In this document: positions 42,220-51,956 of the stretch, piece by piece | Numbering within the stretch: position 1 is the stretch's first letter | How the letters are laid out: each line of letters opens with the position of its first letter | NCBI RefSeq assembly: GCF_003334815.1 | Contig: NZ_QOWO01000001.1 | Source: Escherichia coli | Lineage (GTDB): Bacteria > Pseudomonadota > Gammaproteobacteria > Enterobacterales > Enterobacteriaceae | Reading direction: 5' to 3' (one strand) | Length of the DNA: 64,000 nucleotides | Made by a program: the position numbers and the translations under genes | Notes under the pieces: generated by a model | Databases searched by the model: none | What the model was told of the DNA's origin: nothing | What the model saw: the letters and a program-made list of their open reading frames with translations, nothing else

Positions 42220-42690
42220 ATGGATATTCGTAAGATTAAAAAACTGATCGAGCTGGTTGAAGAATCAGGCATCTCCGAACTGGAAATTTCTGAAGGCGAA
42301 GAGTCAGTACGCATTAGCCGTGCAGCTCCTGCCGCAAGTTTCCCTGTGATGCAACAAGCTTACGCTGCACCAATGATGCAGCAGCCAGCTCAATCTAACG
42401 CAGCCGCTCCGGCGACCGTTCCTTCCATGGAAGCGCCAGCAGCAGCGGAAATCAGTGGTCACATCGTACGTTCCCCGATGGTTGGTACTTTCTACCGCAC
42501 CCCAAGCCCGGACGCAAAAGCGTTCATCGAAGTGGGTCAGAAAGTCAACGTGGGCGATACCCTGTGCATCGTTGAAGCCATGAAAATGATGAACCAGATC
42601 GAAGCGGACAAATCCGGTACCGTGAAAGCAATTCTGGTCGAAAGTGGACAACCGGTAGAATTTGACGAGCCGCTGGTCGTCATCGAGTAA
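42220..42690 (+). CDS. accB: Biotin carboxyl carrier protein of acetyl-CoA carboxylase
   Basis: 156-aa ORF with the biotinylation motif EAMKMMN. Confidence 0.98.
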
Positions 42691-42700
42691 CGAGGCGAAC

Positions 42701-44050
42701 ATGCTGGATAAAATTGTTATTGCCAACCGCGGCGAGATTGCATTGCGTATTCTTCGTGCCTGTAAAGAACTGGGCATCAAGACTGTCGCTGTGCACTCCA
42801 GCGCGGATCGCGATCTAAAACACGTATTACTGGCAGATGAAACGGTCTGTATTGGCCCTGCTCCGTCAGTAAAAAGTTATCTGAACATCCCGGCAATCAT
42901 CAGCGCCGCTGAAATCACCGGCGCAGTAGCAATCCATCCGGGTTACGGCTTCCTCTCCGAGAACGCCAACTTTGCCGAGCAGGTTGAACGCTCCGGCTTT
43001 ATCTTCATTGGCCCGAAAGCAGAAACCATTCGCCTGATGGGCGACAAAGTATCCGCAATCGCGGCGATGAAAAAAGCGGGCGTCCCTTGCGTACCGGGTT
43101 CTGACGGCCCGCTGGGCGACGATATGGATAAAAACCGTGCCATTGCTAAACGCATTGGTTATCCGGTGATTATCAAAGCCTCCGGCGGCGGCGGCGGTCG
43201 CGGTATGCGCGTAGTGCGCGGCGACGCTGAACTGGCACAATCCATCTCCATGACCCGTGCGGAAGCGAAAGCTGCTTTCAGCAACGATATGGTTTACATG
43301 GAGAAATACCTGGAAAATCCTCGCCACGTCGAGATTCAGGTACTGGCTGACGGTCAGGGCAACGCTATCTATCTGGCGGAACGTGACTGCTCCATGCAAC
43401 GCCGCCACCAGAAAGTGGTCGAAGAAGCGCCAGCACCGGGCATTACCCCGGAACTGCGTCGCTACATCGGCGAACGTTGCGCTAAAGCGTGTGTTGATAT
43501 CGGCTATCGCGGTGCAGGTACTTTCGAGTTCCTGTTCGAAAACGGCGAGTTCTATTTCATCGAAATGAACACCCGTATTCAGGTAGAACACCCGGTTACA
43601 GAAATGATCACCGGCGTTGACCTGATCAAAGAACAGCTGCGTATCGCTGCCGGTCAACCGCTGTCGATCAAGCAAGAAGAAGTTCACGTTCGCGGCCATG
43701 CGGTGGAATGTCGTATCAACGCCGAAGATCCGAACACCTTCCTGCCAAGTCCGGGCAAAATCACCCGTTTCCACGCACCTGGCGGTTTTGGCGTACGTTG
43801 GGAGTCTCATATCTACGCGGGCTACACCGTACCGCCGTACTATGACTCAATGATCGGTAAGCTGATTTGCTACGGTGAAAACCGTGACGTGGCGATTGCC
43901 CGCATGAAGAATGCGCTGCAGGAGCTGATCATCGACGGTATCAAAACCAACGTTGATCTGCAGATCCGCATCATGAATGACGAGAACTTCCAGCATGGTG
44001 GCACTAACATCCACTATCTGGAGAAAAAACTCGGTCTTCAGGAAAAATAA
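42701..44050 (+). CDS. accC: Biotin carboxylase
   Basis: ATG at 42701 gives [21 protein letters not shown]... (449 aa). Confidence 0.98.
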
Positions 44051-44066
44051 GACTGCTAAAGCGTCA

Positions 44067-44093
44067 AAAGGCCGGATTTTCCGGCCTTTTTTA
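44067..44093 (+). terminator. accBC terminator
   Basis: AAAGGCCGGattttCCGGCCTTTTTT. Confidence 0.85.
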
Positions 44094-44158
44094 TTACTGG
44101 GGATCGACAACCCCCATAAGGTACAATCCCCGCTTTCTTCACCCATCAGGGACAAAAA

Positions 44159-44401
44159 ATGGACACTCGTTTTGTTCAGGCCCATAAAGAGGCGCGCTGG
44201 GCGCTGGGGCTGACCCTTTTGTATCTGGCAGTTTGGTTAGTAGCCGCTTACTTATCTGGCGTTGCCCCCGGTTTTACCGGCTTTCCGCGCTGGTTTGAGA
44301 TGGCCTGCATCCTGACGCCGCTGCTGTTTATTGGACTGTGCTGGGCGATGGTGAAATTTATCTATCGCGATATCCCACTGGAGGATGACGATGCAGCTTG
44401 A
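44159..44401 (+). CDS. yhdT: Small membrane protein (DUF997) co-transcribed with panF
   Basis: 80-aa two-TM ORF overlapping the panF start. Confidence 0.9.
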   Translation: MDTRFVQAHKEARWALGLTLLYLAVWLVAAYLSGVAPGFTGFPRWFEMACILTPLLFIGLCWAMVKFIYRDIPLEDDDAA

Positions 44402-45842
44402 AGTAATTCTACCGCTGGTCGCCTATCTGGTGGTGGTGTTCGGTATCTCGGTTTATGCGATGCGTAAACGGAGCACCGGCACCTTCCTTAATGAGTATTT
44501 CCTCGGCAGCCGCTCTATGGGCGGTATTGTGCTGGCGATGACGCTCACCGCGACCTATATCAGTGCCAGTTCGTTTATCGGCGGGCCAGGAGCTGCTTAT
44601 AAATACGGGCTGGGCTGGGTATTGCTGGCGATGATTCAGCTTCCTGCAGTCTGGCTTTCACTCGGTATTCTCGGCAAGAAGTTTGCGATTCTTGCGCGCC
44701 GCTACAATGCAGTGACGCTGAACGATATGCTGTTTGCCCGCTACCAGAGTCGTCTTCTGGTGTGGCTGGCGAGTTTGAGTTTGCTGGTTGCGTTCGTTGG
44801 TGCGATGACCGTGCAGTTTATCGGCGGTGCGCGCCTGCTGGAAACCGCGGCGGGTATTCCTTATGAAACCGGGCTGCTGATTTTTGGTATCAGCATTGCG
44901 TTATATACCGCCTTTGGTGGCTTTCGCGCCAGCGTGCTGAACGACACCATGCAAGGGCTTGTGATGCTGATTGGCACCGTTGTGCTGCTTATTGGCGTAG
45001 TACATGCCGCTGGCGGCTTAAGTAACGCAGTACAGACCTTGCAAACCATCGATCCGCAACTGGTTACGCCACAAGGCGCTGACGATATTCTGTCGCCTGC
45101 CTTTATGACGTCGTTCTGGGTACTGGTGTGTTTTGGCGTGATTGGCCTGCCGCATACTGCGGTGCGCTGTATCTCTTATAAAGACAGCAAAGCCGTACAT
45201 CGGGGGATCATCATCGGTACGATTGTGGTCGCAATTCTGATGTTCGGTATGCACCTGGCCGGAGCGTTAGGTCGGGCGGTGATCCCCGATCTCACCGTAC
45301 CGGACCTGGTGATCCCAACGTTAATGGTAAAAGTGCTGCCACCGTTTGCTGCCGGGATCTTCCTGGCTGCACCGATGGCTGCGATCATGTCGACAATTAA
45401 CGCCCAACTGCTGCAAAGTTCCGCTACGATCATTAAAGATCTCTATCTGAATATCCGTCCGGATCAAATGCAAAACGAGACGCGTCTGAAGCGGATGTCG
45501 GCGGTAATTACGTTAGTTCTCGGCGCGTTGCTGCTGCTTGCCGCCTGGAAGCCGCCAGAAATGATCATCTGGCTGAATTTGTTGGCCTTCGGTGGGCTGG
45601 AAGCCGTTTTCCTGTGGCCGCTGGTGCTGGGTCTTTACTGGGAACGCGCCAACGCCAAAGGCGCGCTAAGTGCGATGATCGTTGGCGGCGTGCTGTATGC
45701 CGTACTCGCGACGCTGAATATTCAGTACCTGGGCTTCCACCCTATCGTGCCCTCGTTACTACTAAGTTTGCTGGCTTTCCTGGTCGGAAACCGTTTCGGT
45801 ACATCCGTCCCGCAAGCTACCGTTTTGACTACTGATAAATAA
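44391..45842 (+). CDS. panF: Pantothenate:Na+ symporter (SSS family)
   Basis: ATG at 44391 gives [18 protein letters not shown]... (483 aa). Confidence 0.96.
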
Positions 45843-45853
45843 AGAGTTTTGCC

Positions 45854-46735
45854 ATGCCTTGGATCCAACTGAAACTGAACACCACCGGCGCGAACGCGGA
45901 AGATCTTAGCGATGCGCTGATGGAAGCGGGTGCCGTTTCTATCACTTTTCAGGATACCCACGATACGCCAGTATTTGAACCGCTGCCGGGCGAAACGCGC
46001 CTGTGGGGCGACACCGATGTGATTGGTCTGTTCGACGCTGAAACCGATATGAACGACGTGGTGGCGATTCTGGAAAACCATCCGCTGCTCGGCGCAGGCT
46101 TCGCGCATAAAATCGAACAACTAGAAGATAAAGACTGGGAGCGCGAATGGATGGATAATTTCCACCCGATGCGCTTTGGTGAACGACTGTGGATCTGCCC
46201 TAGCTGGCGTGATGTGCCGGACGAAAACGCCGTCAACGTGATGTTAGATCCAGGGCTGGCGTTTGGTACGGGTACCCATCCAACCACCTCTCTGTGCCTG
46301 CAATGGCTCGACAGCCTCGATTTAACCGGTAAAACAGTCATCGACTTTGGCTGTGGTTCCGGCATTCTGGCGATCGCGGCGCTGAAACTGGGTGCAGCAA
46401 AAGCCATTGGTATTGATATCGATCCGCAGGCGATTCAGGCCAGCCGCGATAACGCCGAACGTAATGGCGTTTCTGACCGTCTGGAACTCTACTTACCGAA
46501 AGATCAGCCAGAAGAAATGAAAGCCGACGTGGTGGTCGCTAACATCCTTGCAGGCCCATTACGTGAACTGGCACCGTTAATCAGCGTCCTGCCGGTTTCA
46601 GGCGGTTTGCTGGGCCTTTCCGGTATTCTGGCAAGCCAGGCAGAGAGCGTTTGTGAAGCTTATGCCGATAGCTTCGCACTGGACCCGGTCGTGGAAAAAG
46701 AAGAGTGGTGCCGTATTACCGGTCGTAAGAATTAA
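45854..46735 (+). CDS. prmA: Ribosomal protein L11 methyltransferase
   Basis: 293-aa ORF with SAM motif DFGCGSGIL. Confidence 0.97.
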
Positions 46736-46996
46736 CCTTCGCATCGCCGTAGGGTGACGCGGGGCGAAGTGCGAGCAAGCTCACAAAAGGCACGTAAATT
46801 TGCCGATTATTTACGCAAATTTGCGTGCCAAAATTTTCATTCATAAAGAAAAATTGAGAACTTACTCAAATTTCTTTGAGTGTAAATTTTAGTCACTATT
46901 TTCTAATATGATGATTTTTATGAGTAATTATCGCACCACGCTCATTTTAAATGCAATTCTTTGATCCATCTCAGAGGATTGGTCAAAGTTTGGCCT

Positions 46997-47024
46997 TTCA
47001 TCTCGTGCAAAAAATGCGTAATAT
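46997..47024 (+). promoter_or_regulatory. Probable dusB-fis promoter (-35 TTCATC, -10 TAATAT, GC-rich discriminator)
   Basis: TTCATC-N16-TAATAT followed by ACGCCGCC. This is consistent with the remembered stringently controlled fis P upstream of dusB. Confidence 0.6.
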
Positions 47025-47063
47025 ACGCCGCCTTGCAGTCACAGTATGGTCATTTCTTAACTC

Positions 47064-48029
47064 ATGCGCATCGGACAATATCAGCTCAGAAATCGCCTGA
47101 TCGCAGCGCCCATGGCTGGCATTACAGACAGACCTTTTCGGACGTTGTGCTACGAGATGGGAGCCGGATTGACAGTATCCGAGATGATGTCTTCTAACCC
47201 ACAGGTTTGGGAAAGCGACAAATCTCGTTTACGGATGGTGCACATTGATGAACCCGGTATTCGCACCGTGCAAATTGCTGGTAGCGATCCGAAAGAAATG
47301 GCAGATGCAGCACGTATTAACGTGGAAAGCGGTGCCCAGATTATTGATATCAATATGGGTTGCCCGGCTAAAAAAGTGAATCGCAAGCTCGCAGGTTCAG
47401 CCCTCTTGCAGTACCCGGATGTCGTTAAATCGATCCTTACCGAGGTCGTCAATGCAGTGGACGTTCCTGTTACCCTGAAGATTCGCACCGGCTGGGCACC
47501 GGAACACCGTAACTGCGAAGAGATTGCCCAACTGGCTGAAGACTGTGGCATTCAGGCTCTGACCATTCATGGCCGTACACGCGCCTGTTTGTTCAATGGA
47601 GAAGCTGAGTACGACAGTATTCGGGCAGTTAAGCAGAAAGTTTCCATTCCGGTTATCGCGAATGGCGACATTACTGACCCGCTTAAAGCCAGAGCTGTGC
47701 TCGACTATACAGGGGCGGATGCCCTGATGATAGGCCGCGCAGCTCAGGGAAGACCCTGGATCTTTCGGGAAATCCAGCATTATCTGGACACTGGGGAGTT
47801 GCTGCCCCCGCTGCCTTTGGCAGAGGTTAAGCGCTTGCTTTGCGCGCACGTTCGGGAACTGCATGACTTTTATGGTCCGGCAAAAGGGTACCGAATTGCA
47901 CGTAAACACGTTTCCTGGTATCTCCAGGAACACGCTCCAAATGACCAGTTTCGGCGCACATTCAACGCCATTGAGGATGCCAGCGAACAGCTGGAGGCGT
48001 TGGAGGCATACTTCGAAAATTTTGCGTAA
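47064..48029 (+). CDS. dusB: tRNA-dihydrouridine synthase B
   Basis: 321-aa [25 protein letters not shown]... Confidence 0.97.
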   Translation: MRIGQYQLRNRLIAAPMAGITDRPFRTLCYEMGAGLTVSEMMSSNPQVWESDKSRLRMVHIDEPGIRTVQIAGSDPKEMADAARINVESGAQIIDINMGCPAKKVNRKLAGSALLQYPDVVKSILTEVVNAVDVPVTLKIRTGWAPEHRNCEEIAQLAEDCGIQALTIHGRTRACLFNGEAEYDSIRAVKQKVSIPVIANGDITDPLKARAVLDYTGADALMIGRAAQGRPWIFREIQHYLDTGELLPPLPLAEVKRLLCAHVRELHDFYGPAKGYRIARKHVSWYLQEHAPNDQFRRTFNAIEDASEQLEALEAYFENFA

Positions 48030-48054
48030 ACAGAAATAAAGAGCTGACAGAACT

Positions 48055-48351
48055 ATGTTCGAACAACGCGTAAATTCTGACGTACTGACCGTTTCTACCG
48101 TTAACTCTCAGGATCAGGTAACCCAAAAACCCCTGCGTGACTCGGTTAAACAGGCACTGAAGAACTATTTTGCTCAACTGAATGGTCAGGATGTGAATGA
48201 CCTCTATGAGCTGGTACTGGCTGAAGTAGAACAGCCCCTGTTGGACATGGTGATGCAATACACCCGTGGTAACCAGACCCGTGCTGCGCTGATGATGGGC
48301 ATCAACCGTGGTACGCTGCGTAAAAAATTGAAAAAATACGGCATGAACTAA
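48055..48351 (+). CDS. fis: Nucleoid-associated global regulator Fis
   Basis: 98-aa [34 protein letters not shown]...KKYGMN. The last 5 codons and stop lie inside the attL repeat. Confidence 0.99.
48335..48351. repeat. attL core: 17-bp direct repeat AATACGGCATGAACTAA
   Basis: Identical 17-mer at 57681-57697. A degenerate third copy (ACGGCATGAA) lies at 48364-48373. Confidence 0.85.
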
Positions 48352-48376
48352 AGTCAAGCTGTAACGGCATGAAATT

Positions 48377-48406
48377 AAAGGGGCTATTTCAGCCCCTTTA
48401 CTTTTT
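48377..48406. terminator. Element-borne hairpin terminator that now follows fis (plus strand) and the tape-measure gene (minus strand)
   Basis: AAAGGGGCtatttcaGCCCCTTT followed by ACTTTTT on the plus strand. It lies 26 nt after the fis stop and 23 nt beyond the tape-measure stop. Confidence 0.75.
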
Positions 48407-48428
48407 GTTGCAACCGTACTGACAACCC

Positions 48429-50702
48429 TTATGGTGTTTGCGCGCCATCTATCATCATGCTTCGCTGCCTTACTGCTTGTTGCTGTCGTAGTTGCTGTAT
48501 CACCTTCCGGGCTAATGCATCTTCATTCATACCAGGTTCTGCCTTCACGCTGATGTGGTACTGGTCGTTGCTATGCACCGTAGTGCCACCAGAGCGGTTG
48601 GCCAGTGCAGGTGACGGCAGGGCAGCACCAGAGGCAGTGGTTGCTGCTGGCTGCTGTACATCGTCGCGGAATGGTGCGGTAAAGAAATCTTTGGTTTTCT
48701 GCCACGCACCACCAGCAACATCAGACACGGCGTTTTTAAACTCCAGTGCCTTGTTGGTCAGGTTGCCAATGTTGTCAGAAACCCAAATGATCTTATCAAT
48801 CAGGAACGTGATCGGTGCGGTCACAAGCTCGATGCCAGCCGCCAGGGTCTTACCGAACGTCATCCCCATTTTACCGGCCTTATCCAGTTCCTCGCCGCTG
48901 TATTTGACCGGTTCGGTCAGTGACGTGAACCAGTTGAAAGCCGTCTTAACCGCAGCGCCCACGCCATCAATGACGGGCTTCAATGGCCCCATGCGCTCAT
49001 ACAGGCGATGCAGGGCATCGCTAAGCGGTTCCAGCCCGGATTTGATACCTTCACCCACGCCACCAAAAAAAGCCTTCACACCAGCCCAATGGCGGTAAAT
49101 CTGATAACCTGCCAGCGCCAGGCCAGCTACGGCAGCACCAACGCCAGTGGAAATGAACGCCGCACCGATGGCGCGCACGCCGGTAGCCACCGCAGGCAGG
49201 CCACGAGTGCTGGCCAGAACGGCGGATGCGTTCATGCGGGCAAACAGGCTGGACACGTTCAGCAATCCGCCTTTCAGGAACGTGAACGCAAAGCCAGCGG
49301 CGAACGTCGCCACACGCAGTGCCACCAGTGCACTGGAACCAATAACCACTGCTTTGGTCACGGTAGGGTATTCGCGCGCCAGTTCGGCAACCTTGCCGAT
49401 AACCGGGCCAACGGTAGCCAGAACGCCGTTGAATGCTGGCAGCAGCACTGTGCCGATCGTGACGCCCAGGTTAGACACACGGTTGTTGAAAATCTTAAGC
49501 TGCGCCGACGTTTTGGCGGTGGCTGCCTCATATTCAGCCTGCATAGAACCGGCATATTTGGTCTTGTCTTTGACCATATCCAGATTCTTTTGGTACGTAT
49601 CAAGCTGTGTCAGCATTGGTGCGATAGCGCCAATCGATTCCTTACCAAACAGTTGCGAAAGCGTTGCCGCCTGCATGTGTTTTGGCAGCTTGCTGATCTT
49701 GGACAGGATGACGCGGATTGTTTCATCGGCGTTCAGTTGCATTGATTTTGCAACCTGCTTGGATGTGAAGCCAAGCTGTTTAAACGCTTCACGCTGTGAC
49801 TTCGTGGCGGATGCGCCAGCGGTCAGGGATAGCAGCAGGTTTTTAATACCGGTGGCCGCAATCTCATTCTGCACGCCCATACCGCGCAGCGTTGCACCCA
49901 TCGCAGCGATAGAACCGGAAGCTGCACCAGCGACGCTGCCAAGTGGCCCGATGCGCTGCGTGATTTCCAGGATGTCTTTGGCTGATGCGGCGGTGTTGTT
50001 GCCCAGGTAGTTGATCTTGTCGGCCAGAACGTTCATCTGGTCCTGCGTCATCCCGAAGGCGGCGCGCATCTCTGCCATTGCCTGGCCTGCCTGGTCGGCG
50101 CTGACGTCAAAAGCCACACCCATTTTGATGGCCGATTCAGCAAACTTGGTTAGTTCGCTGGTGGCGATGCCTGATTGAGCACCAGCGGCAACAATCTTGC
50201 CGATTTCGTTGGCTGCCATCGGCATTTTGGTTGACATATCCTGGATAGCCTGGCCCATCTTAACCAGGCCGTCAGGGGTTTCGAAGTTGGCAACCTTGCG
50301 GATATCTGCCAGCGTATCTTCAAAATCCATAGCCTGTTTGATCGGTACAGCTACCGTTGCGCCAAGTGCGACAGTCCCCAGGATTCCTTCTTTGTAGCCT
50401 TGACGCTTCGCCAGGTTGCGTTCGCGGGCATCCTCCACGCGTTTCAGGCGTTCGGTGGCAGAACGAAGGCGTTCAACCTGCCCGACAACCGTTTGATAGC
50501 GGTCCTTCATGCGGGAGAATATCGCGCTATCCTGGCCATAACGCTTCATTGCTTCATTTAACTGGCGCTGTTCGCGCGACAGCTTAGAGATTGCGCTACC
50601 AATCTCGACGGTATTTTTCTTTACAGTTCCAAATGCACCACGAAGGCTGCCGGAAACGGCCCCACCAATCGTGATTGTTGCATTTAACTTCTTGTTGGCC
50701 AT
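48429..50702 (-). CDS. Phage tail tape-measure protein (TP901-family core-like)
   Basis: 757 aa. It has an N-terminal coiled coil and a region resembling the TMP core (DIRKVANFETPDG...IGKIVAAGAQSG...). It also has central Gly/Ala-rich hydrophobic segments and an overall Ala/Gly/Thr-rich helical composition typical of TMPs. Confidence 0.8.
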   Translation of the reverse strand: MANKKLNATITIGGAVSGSLRGAFGTVKKNTVEIGSAISKLSREQRQLNEAMKRYGQDSAIFSRMKDRYQTVVGQVERLRSATERLKRVEDARERNLAKRQGYKEGILGTVALGATVAVPIKQAMDFEDTLADIRKVANFETPDGLVKMGQAIQDMSTKMPMAANEIGKIVAAGAQSGIATSELTKFAESAIKMGVAFDVSADQAGQAMAEMRAAFGMTQDQMNVLADKINYLGNNTAASAKDILEITQRIGPLGSVAGAASGSIAAMGATLRGMGVQNEIAATGIKNLLLSLTAGASATKSQREAFKQLGFTSKQVAKSMQLNADETIRVILSKISKLPKHMQAATLSQLFGKESIGAIAPMLTQLDTYQKNLDMVKDKTKYAGSMQAEYEAATAKTSAQLKIFNNRVSNLGVTIGTVLLPAFNGVLATVGPVIGKVAELAREYPTVTKAVVIGSSALVALRVATFAAGFAFTFLKGGLLNVSSLFARMNASAVLASTRGLPAVATGVRAIGAAFISTGVGAAVAGLALAGYQIYRHWAGVKAFFGGVGEGIKSGLEPLSDALHRLYERMGPLKPVIDGVGAAVKTAFNWFTSLTEPVKYSGEELDKAGKMGMTFGKTLAAGIELVTAPITFLIDKIIWVSDNIGNLTNKALEFKNAVSDVAGGAWQKTKDFFTAPFRDDVQQPAATTASGAALPSPALANRSGGTTVHSNDQYHISVKAEPGMNEDALARKVIQQLRQQQAVRQRSMMIDGAQTP

Positions 50703-50723
50703 AATAATTGTGCTCTCAAGGAA

Positions 50724-50930
50724 TTAATTAAGTAAATTTTCTGCAAGGGTGTGTTCACCGATTGCCCGCAAGGCGGCAGCGGCCAGTTGCAGGGCGCATT
50801 CGGTGCGGTAGTCTCGCTGTTTCTGCATTTCCTCCGCTGTGTTGCACGCCAGAACTTTTGGCAGGACCATATCCACCAGTTCAGGCCAGGGGTTTGTTCC
50901 TTCCGGTTTTGTGTGAATACGGTCCAGCAT
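50724..50930 (-). CDS. Hypothetical 68-aa protein immediately upstream of the tape-measure gene
   Basis: ATG preceded by AAGGGGG at about 6 nt. It is in the same reading frame as the upstream orf105, separated by a TAA stop codon plus three further codons. Confidence 0.55.
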   Translation of the reverse strand: MLDRIHTKPEGTNPWPELVDMVLPKVLACNTAEEMQKQRDYRTECALQLAAAALRAIGEHTLAENLLN

Positions 50931-50939
50931 GGTGCCCCC

Positions 50940-51257
50940 TTATGCACTCCGTACCAGGATAGCGCCGCGCTTCACCGCCTGGCGTTTGGCCCGTTCACCG
51001 GAACTGATGCGGCTGGATGGTTGCCACTTCGTGCGTCCCAGGGCGGATGCGTGGCTTTCCGCTTCGTCACGCATGATGCGGCCCGCTTCATCGGTCATGT
51101 GTTCGAATGCGTTTAAACGGTTGCGAAGGCTTGCCAGCAGGTCGGCTGCTTCGTAGCTGATAGGGTTTTTCTCTGAAATGGTTTGGAAACGCTTTGTTTC
51201 GCTAAGGATCAAACGCGCTTCTTCTTTCATTGATTCGTACAGGTCATGTTTTTTCAT
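50940..51257 (-). CDS. Hypothetical 105-aa helical protein with a basic C-terminus (possible tail-assembly chaperone analogue)
   Basis: Start placed at the internal ATG (MKKHDLYESMKEEARL...). The 44-aa ORF-track extension is low-complexity and was dropped. No strong SD, so the start is uncertain. Confidence 0.45.
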   Translation of the reverse strand: MKKHDLYESMKEEARLILSETKRFQTISEKNPISYEAADLLASLRNRLNAFEHMTDEAGRIMRDEAESHASALGRTKWQPSSRISSGERAKRQAVKRGAILVRSA

Positions 51258-51471
51258 AGTATTGGCCGCTAACAATAGTTGTTGATGATTAAGTGAGTGC
51301 GCGCTTTTAGGTGACAGGTGCGGCGCAACCGGTGTGGAATTAGTGGTGGTTTTGACCGTCCAGGATGACCACCAACCTGGTTCCAGCATCCATCGTCTGA
51401 GGAACGATGAAGGTTAAATTTGGCCGGTTATTTGGGGCACAGGGAACCGGTGAAACCTGTATTCTTGGCCA

Positions 51472-51636
51472 TTATTTGCCGTTCAGCCCGCTACTCAGAA
51501 ACTTTTCAATCACCTGGCTGCGTGAAGGGCGGATGCCTGTTCTGCGTTCCAGTTTGGCTTGCTCTCTTTCGACCTGGCGCACCAGGTCAGGGGCGAGGCG
51601 TACCGTTACGTGCTGGCGTGTTTCTTGTCGTTTCAT
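51472..51636 (-). CDS. Ribbon-helix-helix (CopG/Arc-like) DNA-binding protein, 54 aa
   Basis: My own translation, since it is below the ORF-track cutoff: MKRQETRQHVTVRLAPDLVRQVEREQAKLERRTGIRPSRSQVIEKFLSSGLNGK. It has a beta-strand/helix/helix pattern. The ATG is 3 nt after the orf104 stop. Confidence 0.55.
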   Translation of the reverse strand: MKRQETRQHVTVRLAPDLVRQVEREQAKLERRTGIRPSRSQVIEKFLSSGLNGK

Positions 51637-51639
51637 GGC

Positions 51640-51954
51640 TTAGTACCTGTTCATCCAGCTTTCGCGCTTCTGTTTCGGGCGCTGCTCGCGGTAGTGACTG
51701 CGCACCAGGGAAGCGAGGTAATTCACGGCGCGTTCAATCTGGTACTGCTTAAGCTCCGGGTAAGCCTTGCGAATCCATTTTTCAGCAGCGTCATCGCTGT
51801 AGATGAATCCTGACCAGCCAACCGGCTGCACTACGATGCGCGGTGTGTTTTCATCACCGTGGCGCACATACATGGCCACACCTTCGATAGCTGCCAGGAT
51901 TTCACCCGGCAGGGCAGCGCGCTCCGCTGCCGCTTTTTTGCTGCCCCACCACAT
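51640..51954 (-). CDS. Hypothetical 104-aa protein translationally coupled to the capsid-like gene
   Basis: ATG at 51954 lies 2 nt after the capsid-like gene's TGA, with GGAAGG 7 nt upstream. The ORF-track TTG start at 51960 is rejected. Confidence 0.55.
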   Translation of the reverse strand: MWWGSKKAAAERAALPGEILAAIEGVAMYVRHGDENTPRIVVQPVGWSGFIYSDDAAEKWIRKAYPELKQYQIERAVNYLASLVRSHYREQRPKQKRESWMNRY

Positions 51955-51956
51955 GA

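Noticed and set aside
48457-50010. Three long plus-strand ORFs (213, 245 and 287 aa) antisense to the tape-measure gene.
   Set aside because: They are typical shadow ORFs opposite a GC/Ala-rich gene. Their translations are low-complexity (Ala/Arg/Ser/Pro/Cys-rich) and have no start signals.
50684-50947. An alternative 87-aa minus-strand ORF overlapping orf68.
   Set aside because: Its translation is Trp/Cys/Pro-rich and lacks an SD. The 50724-50930 frame has AAGGGGG upstream of its ATG.
50940-51389. The 149-aa version of orf105 starting at 51389.
   Set aside because: The extra 44 residues are low-complexity with no SD, so the internal ATG at 51257 is preferred. The start remains uncertain (see the finding on the 214-nt gap).
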